Source: Candidatus Poribacteria bacterium (lineage in GTDB: Bacteria > Poribacteria > WGA-4E > WGA-3G). Taken from it: a stretch of DNA of 64,000 nt. A program made the translations under genes and the position numbers. Shown here piece after piece: positions 11,086 through 21,828 of this stretch; positions within the stretch are counted from its first letter, which is position 1, and every line of letters begins with the position of its first letter. The notes below the pieces were generated by a model that searched no databases, had not been told where the DNA came from, and worked only from the letters and a program-made list of their open reading frames with translations. The stretch lies in the NCBI GenBank assembly GCA_965198235.1, contig OZ240248.1, positions 2,496,001 through 2,560,000 on the forward strand, read 5' to 3'.

Positions 11086-11101
11086 TGCAAATTGTATGCC
11101 A
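11086..11101 (-). promoter_or_regulatory. Sigma54 (-24/-12) promoter of the TonB receptor
   Basis: TGGCATACAATTTGCA (GG-N10-GC) 40 nt upstream of the ATG. Confidence 0.65.
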
Positions 11102-11417
11102 TTCGTAATTTCGCATAAAATAGGCGAATTTCGACCCATTTCTGTCATAATTTGTGCTATGTTGTTCATTTATTAAACACTTTTTTAATTTTCCTTGCGG
11201 TTTGGTGAAGTGGGTTTGATAAATGATGTTCCTCTCCGTAGATGCTTCGCAGTGAGAACCGGCGCGATGCTTGGGCTTGCGCTATCTTTTCAAAGAATTC
11301 GCTTGAGTTTTTGTTGCAAGTTGTGATAAGTTACACCTTAAGGTTAAACCGCAAGCGATAACAGCGTCAGAAGTACGAACGTAGTGGAAAGCAGCCCAGG
11401 AGGCCATAAATTAAAAT

Positions 11418-12419
11418 ATGTCGAAACAGAAATTAAACTTCGCATTCATCGGGTGTGGCGGCAATGCACGTGGGCACGGACGCAGTGTCTCAAGTGTCGA
11501 AGATGTAGAGATTGTTGCGCTCGCCGATCCAAGTGAAGCTTCGCTTGATGCGTTCAAAGAGACCGTCGGTTTAGACGATTCACTTCCTACTTACGTAGAT
11601 CACGTTGAGATGTTAGATGCTGTCAAACCGGATGCCGTCGTTATTAGTTCACCGCATGGACTTCACTTCCAACATATTATGGACGCACTTGACGCAGGAT
11701 GCCACGTCCATACCGAGAAACCGATGGTCTGCACGGTAGACCATGCCAAGCAGGTGATTGCGAAGGTAGAAGAGACCGGTTTGCACCTGATGATAGGTTA
11801 CCAACGGCATTTGAGCCCTACCTATCAATACTGTCGCCAAGTGGTACAGAGTGGTGAACTCGGGCGCGTTAACTTCGTCACCGCGCATCAGTCGCAGAAT
11901 TGGTATCGGAATCAGCAGGGTAAATGGCGACAAGACCCGTTTCTCGGTGGCGGTGGACAGCTGAACGACTCAGGGAGCCACCTGATTGACATTCTCCTTT
12001 GGGTGTTGGAAGCGAGTCCCGACACCGTTTTCGCGATGATAGATAACTTGGACATTGAGGTGGATGTGCTCACTGCGATGTCGATTAAGTTTGATACCGG
12101 TGCCTTGTGCAATATCAGCATTGTCGGGCATGCTTATGGCGGCGTTCGAGAAGATTTTTCTATCTGGCTTGAAGAGGGCGCGCTTTATATCCGCGCAGGT
12201 CAGCTCTACCGCCAAGAACGGGACGGGCAGTCAGAACTTGTTGATGAATCTGAAATGCCGGAGCAGGCAAACAAGGATGTCGCTTTTATTGAGATTATCC
12301 GAGGTGAACGGACAGAGAACCCGATCGGTGTTGAAAACGGTTTGCGTGTCATCCAATTGACCGAAGCTGCATGGCAATCTGCCGAACTCGGCAGACCTGT
12401 CAAGGTCGATCTGAGTTGA
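11418..12419 (+). CDS. Gfo/Idh/MocA family oxidoreductase
   Basis: IGCGG Rossmann motif, EKPM and GGGQLNDSGSH. Confidence 0.92.
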   Translation: MSKQKLNFAFIGCGGNARGHGRSVSSVEDVEIVALADPSEASLDAFKETVGLDDSLPTYVDHVEMLDAVKPDAVVISSPHGLHFQHIMDALDAGCHVHTEKPMVCTVDHAKQVIAKVEETGLHLMIGYQRHLSPTYQYCRQVVQSGELGRVNFVTAHQSQNWYRNQQGKWRQDPFLGGGGQLNDSGSHLIDILLWVLEASPDTVFAMIDNLDIEVDVLTAMSIKFDTGALCNISIVGHAYGGVREDFSIWLEEGALYIRAGQLYRQERDGQSELVDESEMPEQANKDVAFIEIIRGERTENPIGVENGLRVIQLTEAAWQSAELGRPVKVDLS

Positions 12420-12488
12420 CATGCTGCTGTTCTGTGAGGTAGGATAAAGTAGATGGAGTTCTACCTCAGTAATCCGTTAGAGGCACAC

Positions 12489-12734
12489 ATGAATCGAAGA
12501 GATGCTTTGTTTGAAAAAGCGCAGCGGAACCCAAACGGATTAAAATTTAACATGTTTGAGCGACTCATGCGTCAATGTGGATGGACGCAACGTCGTCAGC
12601 GCGGAAGTCATCGGGTTTGGTATTCACCTAACGGATACAGACTTATTGTTCAATCCAATAGATCCATAGCAAAGGGGTACCGAGTCCGGCAATTTCTCAC
12701 GCAATATAATCAGGAAACAGAAAATGAAGAATAG
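12489..12734 (+). CDS. hicA: HicA family toxin
   Basis: GW..RRQRGSHRVW motif; overlaps hicB. Confidence 0.85.
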   Translation: MNRRDALFEKAQRNPNGLKFNMFERLMRQCGWTQRRQRGSHRVWYSPNGYRLIVQSNRSIAKGYRVRQFLTQYNQETENEE

Positions 12735-13080
12735 CCACGACGACTTTGACGGATTCACCGTCAAGATGTTCCTTGATGAAGATGGTGATTATCTCGCACA
12801 TTTCATTGAACTTCCAAATGTTTCGGCTTTCGCACCGACTCCCGCCGAGACGTTGGTAGAATTGAAGACAGCGTGGGAATTGATGAAAGAATGCTATCGA
12901 GAGGATAATATTTCTGTCCCAAAAGCCCCGGCGCGGGAATTAAATGAAGCATCGTTCAACGTCTCCATTGATCCACAACTTCATCACTACTTAGCAGATG
13001 AAGCTGCAAAAGCAGGGATGAGTCTGTCTGCCTTTGTCGCTCAAAAATTGGCACGGACAACAGGTTTTGACATCGGATAA
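12724..13080 (+). CDS. hicB: HicB family antitoxin
   Basis: AHFIELPNVSAFAPT N-domain plus RHH (FNVSIDPQLH..GMSLSAFV). Confidence 0.88.
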   Translation: MKNSHDDFDGFTVKMFLDEDGDYLAHFIELPNVSAFAPTPAETLVELKTAWELMKECYREDNISVPKAPARELNEASFNVSIDPQLHHYLADEAAKAGMSLSAFVAQKLARTTGFDIG

Positions 13081-13098
13081 AAATCAGATCACCGGAGA

Positions 13099-13866
13099 GT
13101 GTTAATGCTTGAGGTCCAAAACCTGTGCAAATCCTTTGACAAGAAACCCTTTCTTACAAAACTTACGTTTCAGGTGGCAGCCGGGGAGTGCCTCGTTCTA
13201 CTCGGTAAGAATGGTGCAGGCAAAACGCTCCTCCTCAATATTTTGGCGACCTTAGTTGAACCCACGTCAGGGAGCGTCTCTATTGATGGCATTGATGCGT
13301 TTGCAAACCTGAAACAGGTGCGTCCAAGCATAGGGTATGTCTCCGTTGCGTTTGAAGGGTATCCTGAGTTGTCCGTTGTAAATTACCTCAATTTTTTTGC
13401 CGCTGCATACAAATTAGAGAAAAAGGGGCGTGTGGGAGCAATCAATACCGTCCTTGAATTAATGGACATCCAGCACCTACGTGAGGTCAAAATTGGTGCG
13501 CTATCAGCAGGGGAACAGCATCGACTTTTATTCGCCAAAACTTTTCTACACGAACCACAGTTATGGTTGCTTGACGAACCGCTCACACCACTCGATCCGA
13601 GTGGACAGGTCGAGATGACGGAGTTGCTCGGTGAACTCCAAGCGATGGGAAAAACTGTCGTAATGGCTACCAATCGTCTTGAGGATGTCCATCGGTTGTA
13701 TAGTTCTGATTCGCACGTCGAAAACCTCGTTGGGATCTTGAACAATGGTCAATTCGCTGTCTTCAATACCTTTGGCAAGTTACGGCAGGAAGTTGCAGAA
13801 GTTGATAATACAGAAGTCCCTTCACCAAGTTGGTTAAATGAACTTTTCGCACAGCTTACAAACTAA
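13099..13866 (+). CDS. ABC transporter ATP-binding protein
   Basis: Walker A GKNGAGKT, LSAGE signature and LLDEP. Confidence 0.9.
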   Translation: MLMLEVQNLCKSFDKKPFLTKLTFQVAAGECLVLLGKNGAGKTLLLNILATLVEPTSGSVSIDGIDAFANLKQVRPSIGYVSVAFEGYPELSVVNYLNFFAAAYKLEKKGRVGAINTVLELMDIQHLREVKIGALSAGEQHRLLFAKTFLHEPQLWLLDEPLTPLDPSGQVEMTELLGELQAMGKTVVMATNRLEDVHRLYSSDSHVENLVGILNNGQFAVFNTFGKLRQEVAEVDNTEVPSPSWLNELFAQLTN

Positions 13867-13904
13867 AAATTGCGCTACAAAAGTCTGGAGGTTACAAAAA
13901 CATA

Positions 13905-14678
13905 ATGTCAGATATCGGAAAATTCTTTCAGGAAAACGGATACTATTTCGCCAAAGGTGTCTATTCGTCCGAAGAAATCAATGCGATGGAGAATGACTTT
14001 GATCGGGTCGTGGATCAACTCCTCAAAAGCGATGAAAACGTCAACGCGCGCTGGGGTGGCAGATTGATGGATGCCCTTGATGGTGGCGAATCTATTATCA
14101 TCCATACCCACAATATTCAAAGTTTCTCTGCTGTCTGGATGCAGGCATTCTTGCAGAAAAAGTTTCTTGATGTTACCGAAGCCCTCATCGGACCGGATAT
14201 TATGCTCCATCATTCCAAACTTTTCTGCAAACCACCGGAGCAAGGTGCCCCCTTCCCGATGCACCAAGATTGGCAGTATTTTCCGTCTGTCAAAGACAGC
14301 ATGATAGCTGCTATTGTCTATGTCTCAGAGGCTACGGATGAAATGGGGTGTGTCCGCGTCTACCCGGGTTCTCACAAGCAGCTCGGACGCACAGATGGTA
14401 TGATGGGAAGCGGAAAGAACGTTGAAATTACCGAGCGATATCCGATTGAAGAAGCGACCGTTTTAGAGGCGGAACCCGGCGATGTGCTTTTCTTTAGTTA
14501 CTTCACCCTGCACGGTTCGATGCCAAACCGCTCAAACCAAACGCGAAAGAGCGTCCTCGTTCAGATGCATGCCGGTGATGATGAGATCGAAGCCGAAAAT
14601 CGCCACACCAACGTCCAATTGGTGCTGCGTGGCTGGAACCATCTCGCAACCCGTTCCTCTGTTGGCGGGATTAGATGA
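13905..14678 (+). CDS. Phytanoyl-CoA dioxygenase (PhyH) family protein
   Basis: HQD..GSH..HGS.PN 2-His-1-carboxylate motifs. Confidence 0.9.
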   Translation: MSDIGKFFQENGYYFAKGVYSSEEINAMENDFDRVVDQLLKSDENVNARWGGRLMDALDGGESIIIHTHNIQSFSAVWMQAFLQKKFLDVTEALIGPDIMLHHSKLFCKPPEQGAPFPMHQDWQYFPSVKDSMIAAIVYVSEATDEMGCVRVYPGSHKQLGRTDGMMGSGKNVEITERYPIEEATVLEAEPGDVLFFSYFTLHGSMPNRSNQTRKSVLVQMHAGDDEIEAENRHTNVQLVLRGWNHLATRSSVGGIR

Positions 14679-14938
14679 GGGTCACATAATCCTTGGTTTG
14701 TAGTAGCGCAATTCATTGCGCGTCTGTGGGCTTTGACGGGTTTCCCTACTACGAAACTTAAGCACGTATCCAGGGTGCCTTAAAAAATCTACTTCATTTA
14801 GATTGTGTTCTTTACGTGGTGTGATTTCTTAGATTGCGTCTGGTATCCCGCAAACTCTCACTGCGAGGCAAGTTTGGGGTACAAAGCACAGCGAGTAATG
14901 AACCACCCGCAATTAGATAATAACTTAAGGAGAATTAA

Positions 14939-15934
14939 ATGATTAGAGTCGCAAAGCTCAGTATGGCGCATGTCCACGCCGGTGGCTATGCTCGAAGAAT
15001 CCATGAAAACCCTGAAACCGAACTTGTTGCTGTCTGGGACGAAGAGGAATACGGTGGAAGAGCAGCAGCAGAACAGTACGAAGTCCCTTTCTACACAGAT
15101 CTCGATGAAGTCCTCAGCCGCGATGATGTGGATGCAGTCTCTGTTGACGCGATCACGTCCGACCATCCCCGTGTAATAATCGCCGCCGCTGAAGCCGGGA
15201 AACATATCTTCACAGAGAAGGCACTCGCTATTACCGTCGCGGGGTGCGATCCAATTATTGATGCCGTCGAGAAAGCGGGTGTAAAGTTCATGATTTCGCT
15301 GCCTTCGCGTTGCAATCCAGAAATCCTGTTTGCGAAAAAGGCGATTGATGACGGACTGATTGGTGACATAACGTTCGGGAGGGGACGGATTGCGCATTCC
15401 GCCGCATTGGATAGTTGGTTCAGTGGAACGAGCGCGTGGTTTGCAGATCCAGAACGCGCCGGTGGCGGTGCCCTTTTTGACTTGGGGTGTCACCGTGTTG
15501 ATGTTATTCGGTGGTTGATGGGTGAACCGAAGAGTGCTATCGCTAAGATTAACAACTTTACCGGCAACTTCCCGATTGATGACAACAGCGTTTCCGTCGT
15601 TGAATTCGCAAACAAAGCACTCGGCGTGATTGATGTCGCTTGGACGCACCGTTCCGGTCCGAACCTGCTTGAAATCTACGGTACGGAAGGCTCGTTCGCC
15701 GCAGGACACGGCGAGATGCATTTTGAAACCCGTAAACTTTCTGATGAGGAGAAGGCGGCATACATCGCCAACGCTCCCGCGGCACCACCTGAACCGATGC
15801 AACAGTGGATTAACGCTATCCTTCGTGATGAACCGATGACCATTACTATCCAAGATGGACGGAACCTCACAGAGTTGATGCAAGCGTTCTATATATCCTC
15901 TGAACAGGGACAGTCAATTGATTTTCCTCTTTAA
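14939..15934 (+). CDS. Gfo/Idh/MocA family oxidoreductase
   Basis: GKHIFTEKA and GGGALFDLGCH. Confidence 0.9.
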   Translation: MIRVAKLSMAHVHAGGYARRIHENPETELVAVWDEEEYGGRAAAEQYEVPFYTDLDEVLSRDDVDAVSVDAITSDHPRVIIAAAEAGKHIFTEKALAITVAGCDPIIDAVEKAGVKFMISLPSRCNPEILFAKKAIDDGLIGDITFGRGRIAHSAALDSWFSGTSAWFADPERAGGGALFDLGCHRVDVIRWLMGEPKSAIAKINNFTGNFPIDDNSVSVVEFANKALGVIDVAWTHRSGPNLLEIYGTEGSFAAGHGEMHFETRKLSDEEKAAYIANAPAAPPEPMQQWINAILRDEPMTITIQDGRNLTELMQAFYISSEQGQSIDFPL

Positions 15935-15981
15935 AAAAACGGTTTGTAGGAGCGACCTCCTGGTCGCGATAGAGGTGTATT

Positions 15982-18477
15982 ATGCAAGACTACCAACCAA
16001 TTTCACTTTCCGCTTTGTGCAATGTCGGTCCAGAAATTATCGGTGAGAACGCAACGCCGAACCTCGGAGCACAGACGTTCCACGGGCTACCTTTCGACAT
16101 CGCTGAAGGCACATCCTGTTTCTTAGGCTTCGGTGAAAACGTTAACACCGAACCTATCCAAGTTCCTGTCGGTGCAAGTCCGAAGCGGGTTATTTTTGTG
16201 CATCGTCTGCTTGAGACCCGCATCCCTGAAGGCGAACCGATCGGCAGGCTGATTGCCAATTACGTTTTCCATTACACTGATGGTGAAACGGTGAGTGTGC
16301 CGATTCGCGAACGCTTCGAGATCGGAGGTGTGCCGCAAGGATGGGGGCAACAGACGTTCCTCGCTATACCCGACCGGCAGGAAAGTTTATCGCCACGCCA
16401 CGAGGGACCTTGGGGATCCGCTGGCAACCGACAGACGGAAGTGAGCCAAGGGACACCGCACGACTACTATTTGTGGGTGTGGAAGAATCCGAGAGACGGC
16501 GTTGAAGTCGCGTCAATTGAAATTCAACCACAGGAACGACGTTTTATTGTTGCGGCAATCACGCTCGGTTACCTCGACGAAAGTCCGATACCGCGTCGTC
16601 CCCGCCGCGAAGTCAAAATCACGCTTCCCCAATCTGATGATGCCGACAGACCCTTTGATATGGAAGTCGATGTTGACCGTGGCTCAGCAACATATCCGTA
16701 TCCGTTGCCGGAGAACGCTCCCGATGCCTTTATCAACGACGATTTCAAAGGTTGGGGTGAATCCCAAAACAACAAAAGCAGTCCTGTGTACGTTGAAGTA
16801 TCTGCTACTCCCTCCGCAAGTGTTGAGGTCAAGAACCACGGCGAAACGCTCGGCACTGTCAACTGGGGAGAGGTCCAAAAAAAGGGTGTCGTTCAACCCA
16901 ACGAACGGGTTAAGATAGAGGTCATTGACAGTGGCAGAAACTGGGTGCATACCACCGTGATTGACGAGGAAACGAACAGACCAGTGCCGTGTCGTGTCCA
17001 TTTCCGTTCCCCGCACGGGGTGCCGTACGCGCCGCACGGGCACCATGCCCACGTCAATTCAAACATGGGGACATGGCACGTAGATGTCGGTGGTGATGTG
17101 CGACTCGGACAGATTAGTTACGCCTACATTGACGGTACGTGTCAAGGGTGGCTGCCTCGCGGAGACGTTATCGTCGATGTTGCCCGCGGCTTTGAATATA
17201 CGCCTTTACGTACCACCGTTAACATAAAGCCGGGGCAGCGTGAGTTGACGCTGCGCTTAAAGCGGTGGTGCGATATGAACGCCGAACGCTATTTCAGCGG
17301 CGATACACACGTCCATTTCCTCTCTACACAGGGCGCGCATACCGAAGCACAAGGCGAAGATCTCGGCGTTGTCAATCTTCTCCTCTCGCAATGGGGGCAT
17401 CTTTTCACAAATACAGAAGAGTTCATCGGGAGACCCACAACTTCTGCTGATGGACGGAGCATTGTCTATGCGACACAGGAGAATCGTCAGCATCTCCTCG
17501 GTCATCTCACACTGCTTGGCTTAAAGGAGCAGGTCGCGCCGTGGTGTTCAGATGGTCCCGGAGAAGCCGAACTCGGTGGAAATATGGAGGTCACGCTTTC
17601 GCACTGGGCGGATGCGTGCCACGCGCAGGGTGGCACTGTTGTTTTGCCACACATTCCGAATCCGAATTGTGAGCCGGCGACACTCATTGCTACCGGACGT
17701 GTTGACGCTGTTGAATACCTTACCAACGCCATGTATGGACACCTTGAGTACTACCGCTACCTCAACTGCGGCTATAAACTTCCGCTCGTTGGCGGAACGG
17801 ATAAGATGAGTAGCGATGTCCCGGTAGGTGTTTATCGCACCTACGTCCACATCCCCGATAATGAGGAATTCAATTACGATAACTGGTGCAAATACATGAG
17901 TGCCGGAAACACATTCCTCAGCGGTGGTCCCATGATCCGTCTTACAGTTGATGGACAACCGATTGGTAGCACTATCAATCTACCGGGGAACGGTGGCACG
18001 GTTGAGGTAGAAGCCTCCGCAGATTCCATCTTCCCTATCCATACGTTGCAGATTATTCAGGCAGGACACGTCGTTGCTTCCACTGAGGAGAAAGATGGCA
18101 AAGCGCATCTACGCCTGAAAGCGAATCTGAAAGTGGACAAGCATTCGTGGATTGCTGCGCGGTGCGGTGGACCTAACTATGCACAAGCCGTGCCACACCA
18201 CGATGGATGGGGACGCGGCATCATTGCCCACACCTCTCCGGTCTACATTGCAGTCGGCGGCGAGTGGTGGATGTTTGACCCGGAAACGGCGAACTACATG
18301 CTAACCTTGATTGAGGGTGGGTTGTCCTATATTCAACAGACAGCGCGCCATCACGAACACGGGACCGTGACGCACCACCATGGTGAGGATGACCATTTGG
18401 AGTTCCTCTCTCGTCCGTTCCAAGAGGCACGAGAGGCGATTCACCGTCGGATGCATCAATTGGGTATTCCGCATTAA
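15982..18477 (+). CDS. CehA/McbA family metallohydrolase (PHP-like)
   Basis: SGDTHVH, GHL, GGTD and AHTSPVY motifs. Confidence 0.8.
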   Translation: MQDYQPISLSALCNVGPEIIGENATPNLGAQTFHGLPFDIAEGTSCFLGFGENVNTEPIQVPVGASPKRVIFVHRLLETRIPEGEPIGRLIANYVFHYTDGETVSVPIRERFEIGGVPQGWGQQTFLAIPDRQESLSPRHEGPWGSAGNRQTEVSQGTPHDYYLWVWKNPRDGVEVASIEIQPQERRFIVAAITLGYLDESPIPRRPRREVKITLPQSDDADRPFDMEVDVDRGSATYPYPLPENAPDAFINDDFKGWGESQNNKSSPVYVEVSATPSASVEVKNHGETLGTVNWGEVQKKGVVQPNERVKIEVIDSGRNWVHTTVIDEETNRPVPCRVHFRSPHGVPYAPHGHHAHVNSNMGTWHVDVGGDVRLGQISYAYIDGTCQGWLPRGDVIVDVARGFEYTPLRTTVNIKPGQRELTLRLKRWCDMNAERYFSGDTHVHFLSTQGAHTEAQGEDLGVVNLLLSQWGHLFTNTEEFIGRPTTSADGRSIVYATQENRQHLLGHLTLLGLKEQVAPWCSDGPGEAELGGNMEVTLSHWADACHAQGGTVVLPHIPNPNCEPATLIATGRVDAVEYLTNAMYGHLEYYRYLNCGYKLPLVGGTDKMSSDVPVGVYRTYVHIPDNEEFNYDNWCKYMSAGNTFLSGGPMIRLTVDGQPIGSTINLPGNGGTVEVEASADSIFPIHTLQIIQAGHVVASTEEKDGKAHLRLKANLKVDKHSWIAARCGGPNYAQAVPHHDGWGRGIIAHTSPVYIAVGGEWWMFDPETANYMLTLIEGGLSYIQQTARHHEHGTVTHHHGEDDHLEFLSRPFQEAREAIHRRMHQLGIPH

Positions 18478-18525
18478 AGGAGTAGGCACACGCCGTGTGC
18501 CGTTAAACACTTGAGGGAGACAAAC

Positions 18526-19500
18526 ATGCCAAAAGAATTAGTCGCGGTTGCCCCTCGGCAGCCCGTCTTGAAAGAATATGAAGATGGTCCCGTTCCCGCG
18601 GATAGCGTCCGAGTTCAGGTCGAATTCGGGGCACCCAAACGCGGCACTGAACTGACAGCGTACTACGGATACGGCGGCGGAAATTTCCCATTGAGACTTG
18701 GGAATATGTGTGTCGGAAAGATCATTGAGATCGGGGACGACGTTGACGGTTTCGCGATTGGAGAACGCGTGGCAAGCCACGGGCACCTCAAGGAGACACA
18801 CACATGGCGCGCAGGGGGTGTCCTCAAGATGCCTGACCAGATGACGTGGAAACAGGCGGTCTGCTACGATCCAGCACACTTCGCAATGTCTGCTATTCGT
18901 GATGGTAAAGTCCGTGTTGGTGAGCGGGTTGCTGTCTTTGGGCTTGGTGCCATTGGGTTGATGACGGTGCAGATGGCACGGATCGCAGGGGCTGACTTTG
19001 TTGCTGCCGTAGACCCGATTGAAAGACGGCGGAAAGTCGCTGAAAAGACGGGAGCGGAACTTGTCATTGACCCAACTGCTTGCAATGTCGGCGAAGTGCT
19101 CAAAGAAGCGACCGGTGGGCTCGGCGTTGACGTGGCTGTAGAAACCAGTGCAATCTACGAAGCACTCGATGATGCCCTTCGTAGCGTCACTTTTGAAGGA
19201 ACAATCGTCTACGCGGGACGAGCGAAAGCCTGTACAGGTGGACTTGACCTCGGGGCTGTCGCGCACGTCAACATTCCGAACATAATCTTTGCACGCGCCA
19301 ACAGTGATCCGAACCGCGATCATCCGCGTTGGAATTTCAAGCGTATTATTGATACCTGTTGGAAGTGGCTTGCTGAAGGACGATTTGAATGTGAAGATGT
19401 TGTTGATCCAGTGGTGCCATTTGAAGATTCAGTCGAAGCCTACATAGAGATGGACAATCACCCTGAGCGGAGCGTCAAATTGGGCATCTCCTTCGGTTGA
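18526..19500 (+). CDS. Zinc-binding alcohol dehydrogenase (MDR) family protein
   Basis: GTE, VFGLGAIGL and AVDP motifs. Confidence 0.88.
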   Translation: MPKELVAVAPRQPVLKEYEDGPVPADSVRVQVEFGAPKRGTELTAYYGYGGGNFPLRLGNMCVGKIIEIGDDVDGFAIGERVASHGHLKETHTWRAGGVLKMPDQMTWKQAVCYDPAHFAMSAIRDGKVRVGERVAVFGLGAIGLMTVQMARIAGADFVAAVDPIERRRKVAEKTGAELVIDPTACNVGEVLKEATGGLGVDVAVETSAIYEALDDALRSVTFEGTIVYAGRAKACTGGLDLGAVAHVNIPNIIFARANSDPNRDHPRWNFKRIIDTCWKWLAEGRFECEDVVDPVVPFEDSVEAYIEMDNHPERSVKLGISFG

Positions 19501-19655
19501 GGTTTTTTAATTATTAGGTTTTCGCTCTGCGCTCCGCTTCGCTTACACGCAGGTTTCTGGTGATGCTAAAGACGTAACCTGCAACAACGGCGCAGGCGGA
19601 TATACGGAAAGGTACTTCAATATCCAAACCTACCTCACCGAACCGCAAGGTATAA

Positions 19656-20561
19656 TTAAAAAGTGGCAATCAAAAAAATGCCGAGTACCATCACAACAGC
19701 CGCGATGAATCGGCGTTTTGTATAAGTTTCTTTTAAGGCGTATCCACCGAGCAAAACAACGAAAATGACAGAACACTGCCGAACCGCAGTCACGTAGCTG
19801 ACCTTTTCTGTCATCAAAGTGTAGAGAATGAGCGAATAGGATACCAACGAGAGTCCAACAACAGCGAGTGCCCGCTTCCATTCCGTTCGTCCAATCTGGA
19901 TAATTTGCTGGTGTGGAAACCGGACGAGGATGAACGTTCCATAAAGAACTTGCGCGCAAGCATTTTCCATCAAATAGTAGGTCACGGCGCGCCATAAAAG
20001 TGCCTCTGTCGAGTAGCGATGAAATTCAGACATCCCTTGCTTGTCTATCAGTGAGTATGCGATAACGCTGGCAAGGGTGGCATAAGCCCAAAGGGCATCA
20101 TGGTCGCGAAGGAAACGAAAGAATGCTTTGAACTGGATGCGCGCTTCGCGTTGTTGATAGAGGAGTATGGAAGCCATCACACATAAGATACCTATCAAGC
20201 CTTGCTCGGAAATTCGTTCCTTTAGGAAAAGAAAGGCAAAGAGTGGTAGGAAAGCTGGTGCGGCGCGCGTAATAGGATAGATAAATGAAATCTCGCCAAT
20301 GGTATAAGCGTGCGTCAAAGACAGCTTGTATAACAGGTGGACAAAGGCGGAGCCAGCAATATAGACCCATACCGGTTTCGGAACCACCGGTTGCTTGATA
20401 CCAAAGGCGATGAACGCTATTACTAAGGTGTAAAATCCGCACCAAAAAAAGAGGATGCGTGTGTCTCTGCTGGATTTGCTGTAGAAATTCCATAAGGCGT
20501 GGCAAAATGCTGACAGCAGAATTAAGGCAATTGAAGTAAAGGTCATAGGACCCCTTGTCAT
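19656..20561 (-). CDS. EamA/DMT family transporter
   Basis: About 10 TM segments; SAFCHALWN, YPITR and YSLIDK. Confidence 0.88.
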   Translation of the reverse strand: MTRGPMTFTSIALILLSAFCHALWNFYSKSSRDTRILFFWCGFYTLVIAFIAFGIKQPVVPKPVWVYIAGSAFVHLLYKLSLTHAYTIGEISFIYPITRAAPAFLPLFAFLFLKERISEQGLIGILCVMASILLYQQREARIQFKAFFRFLRDHDALWAYATLASVIAYSLIDKQGMSEFHRYSTEALLWRAVTYYLMENACAQVLYGTFILVRFPHQQIIQIGRTEWKRALAVVGLSLVSYSLILYTLMTEKVSYVTAVRQCSVIFVVLLGGYALKETYTKRRFIAAVVMVLGIFLIATF

Positions 20562-20613
20562 TTGTAGTTAACGATCTTGTATCGTTCTTTTTTTAACCCT
20601 ACAGGAGGTAATT

Positions 20614-21570
20614 ATGTTCAAAAAATCAAAAAAATACCAGTTTTTTATTCTATGTGGGCTTGTCTTCGGTATACTTGCCCTCACAGCAACTGTTACCCTC
20701 ACACAAGAATCGTGGTTTCCGTCCGAATGGGGTGCCGATGATCGGCGGGGTGCCGTAAACCGATTAACGCCAGAGAAAGTATTGGAAGCCGCGAGTTTGA
20801 TTAAAACGGGTGAAGTCTATCAACTCGGCAGAGTCTATGAAAGCGGTATCCCCGTCTTCGGAACGCGGCATTATAGCCTGCGAATTCCAGCGATGTCAGG
20901 TCCGCTCGGTGAAAACAAAACGACGTGGTTTGAGGAGATCTTCAGTGGCGAGATCGGTCAGGTCGGTACGCAGTTTGATGGACTTGGCCACATCGGCATT
21001 GGCGACCTCTACTACAACGGATTGCACCAGCGCGATTTCGCGAAAGCTGAAGGACTCACGGAACTCGGTGTTGAGAACGTGGGACCCATCGTGACGCGTG
21101 GTGTCCTCATTGATGTCGCTGGTTATAAAGGCGTTGAACATCTTAGCGATAGCTATGAAATTACACGCCCTGATCTGGAGGGTGCGCTGAAAAAACAGGG
21201 CGTTCAGATTACCCCCGGTGATGTCGCTATCATTCACACCGGCTGGGGTAAATTCTGGATGACGGATAATGATCGCTACAATACCACGGAACCCGGTATC
21301 GGGTTAGAAGCAGGGCAATACCTCGTCGACCAGAAGATTGTAATGTTGTGTTGCGATAACTGGGGAATCGAGGTCGTCCCGAATCCTGATGAGACCCTCG
21401 CGTTTCCAGTGCATCAACTGTTTATTGTCAAACACGGTATCTATAACCTTGAGAACATTATCACGGAGGAGTTGGCGGCAGCGAAGGTTTACGAATTCGC
21501 CTTCAGTTTCGCACCACTGCGTCTCAAAGGCGCAACCGGTTCCCCCGGCAATCCGATCGCTATTCGATAG
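20614..21570 (+). CDS. Cyclase family (kynurenine formamidase-like) protein with signal peptide
   Basis: GTQFDGLGH, TRGVLID, HTGWG and GATGSPGNPIA. Confidence 0.88.
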   Translation: MFKKSKKYQFFILCGLVFGILALTATVTLTQESWFPSEWGADDRRGAVNRLTPEKVLEAASLIKTGEVYQLGRVYESGIPVFGTRHYSLRIPAMSGPLGENKTTWFEEIFSGEIGQVGTQFDGLGHIGIGDLYYNGLHQRDFAKAEGLTELGVENVGPIVTRGVLIDVAGYKGVEHLSDSYEITRPDLEGALKKQGVQITPGDVAIIHTGWGKFWMTDNDRYNTTEPGIGLEAGQYLVDQKIVMLCCDNWGIEVVPNPDETLAFPVHQLFIVKHGIYNLENIITEELAAAKVYEFAFSFAPLRLKGATGSPGNPIAIR

Positions 21571-21577
21571 TTTCTTA

Positions 21578-21622
21578 TGATGGGGCAGCAGCCGCGCTGT
21601 CCCATCATCCTTTCTTTTTTCC
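21578..21622 (+). terminator. Rho-independent terminator
   Basis: ATGATGGGGCAGC..GCTGTCCCATCAT stem followed by a T-rich tail after the cyclase gene. Confidence 0.55.
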
Positions 21623-21632
21623 CATCCGCATT

Positions 21633-21757
21633 TGCACAAATCCGTGCAGGCATATTCCTGTTTGCCCCATTTCGTGCAGTCATCACCCACGCTCAACCCA
21701 CTAAATCCGTAATATCTCCTGTTTTTTCCATTATTTTAAATTGGCATAGAAATTGCT
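21633..21757 (+). promoter_or_regulatory. Sigma54 promoter with two upstream NtrC-like activator sites
   Basis: TTGGCATAGAAATTGCT at 21741-21757; TGCAC-N6-GTGCA at 21633 and TGCCC-N6-GTGCA at 21663, 30 bp apart. Confidence 0.65.
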
Positions 21758-21828
21758 ATTTACTTGGCAAGGTTAACAAGGAGATGTTCGTTGTGGTGAC
21801 CCGAGTTTTCCAGCAGACCTTTTTGAAA

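Noticed and set aside
14858-15883. 341-aa minus-strand ORF and similar long antisense ORFs (18538-19323, 26218-26850, 35533-36153, 40175-40816)
   Set aside because: Shadow frames of well-supported genes on the opposite strand, with no recognisable motifs.
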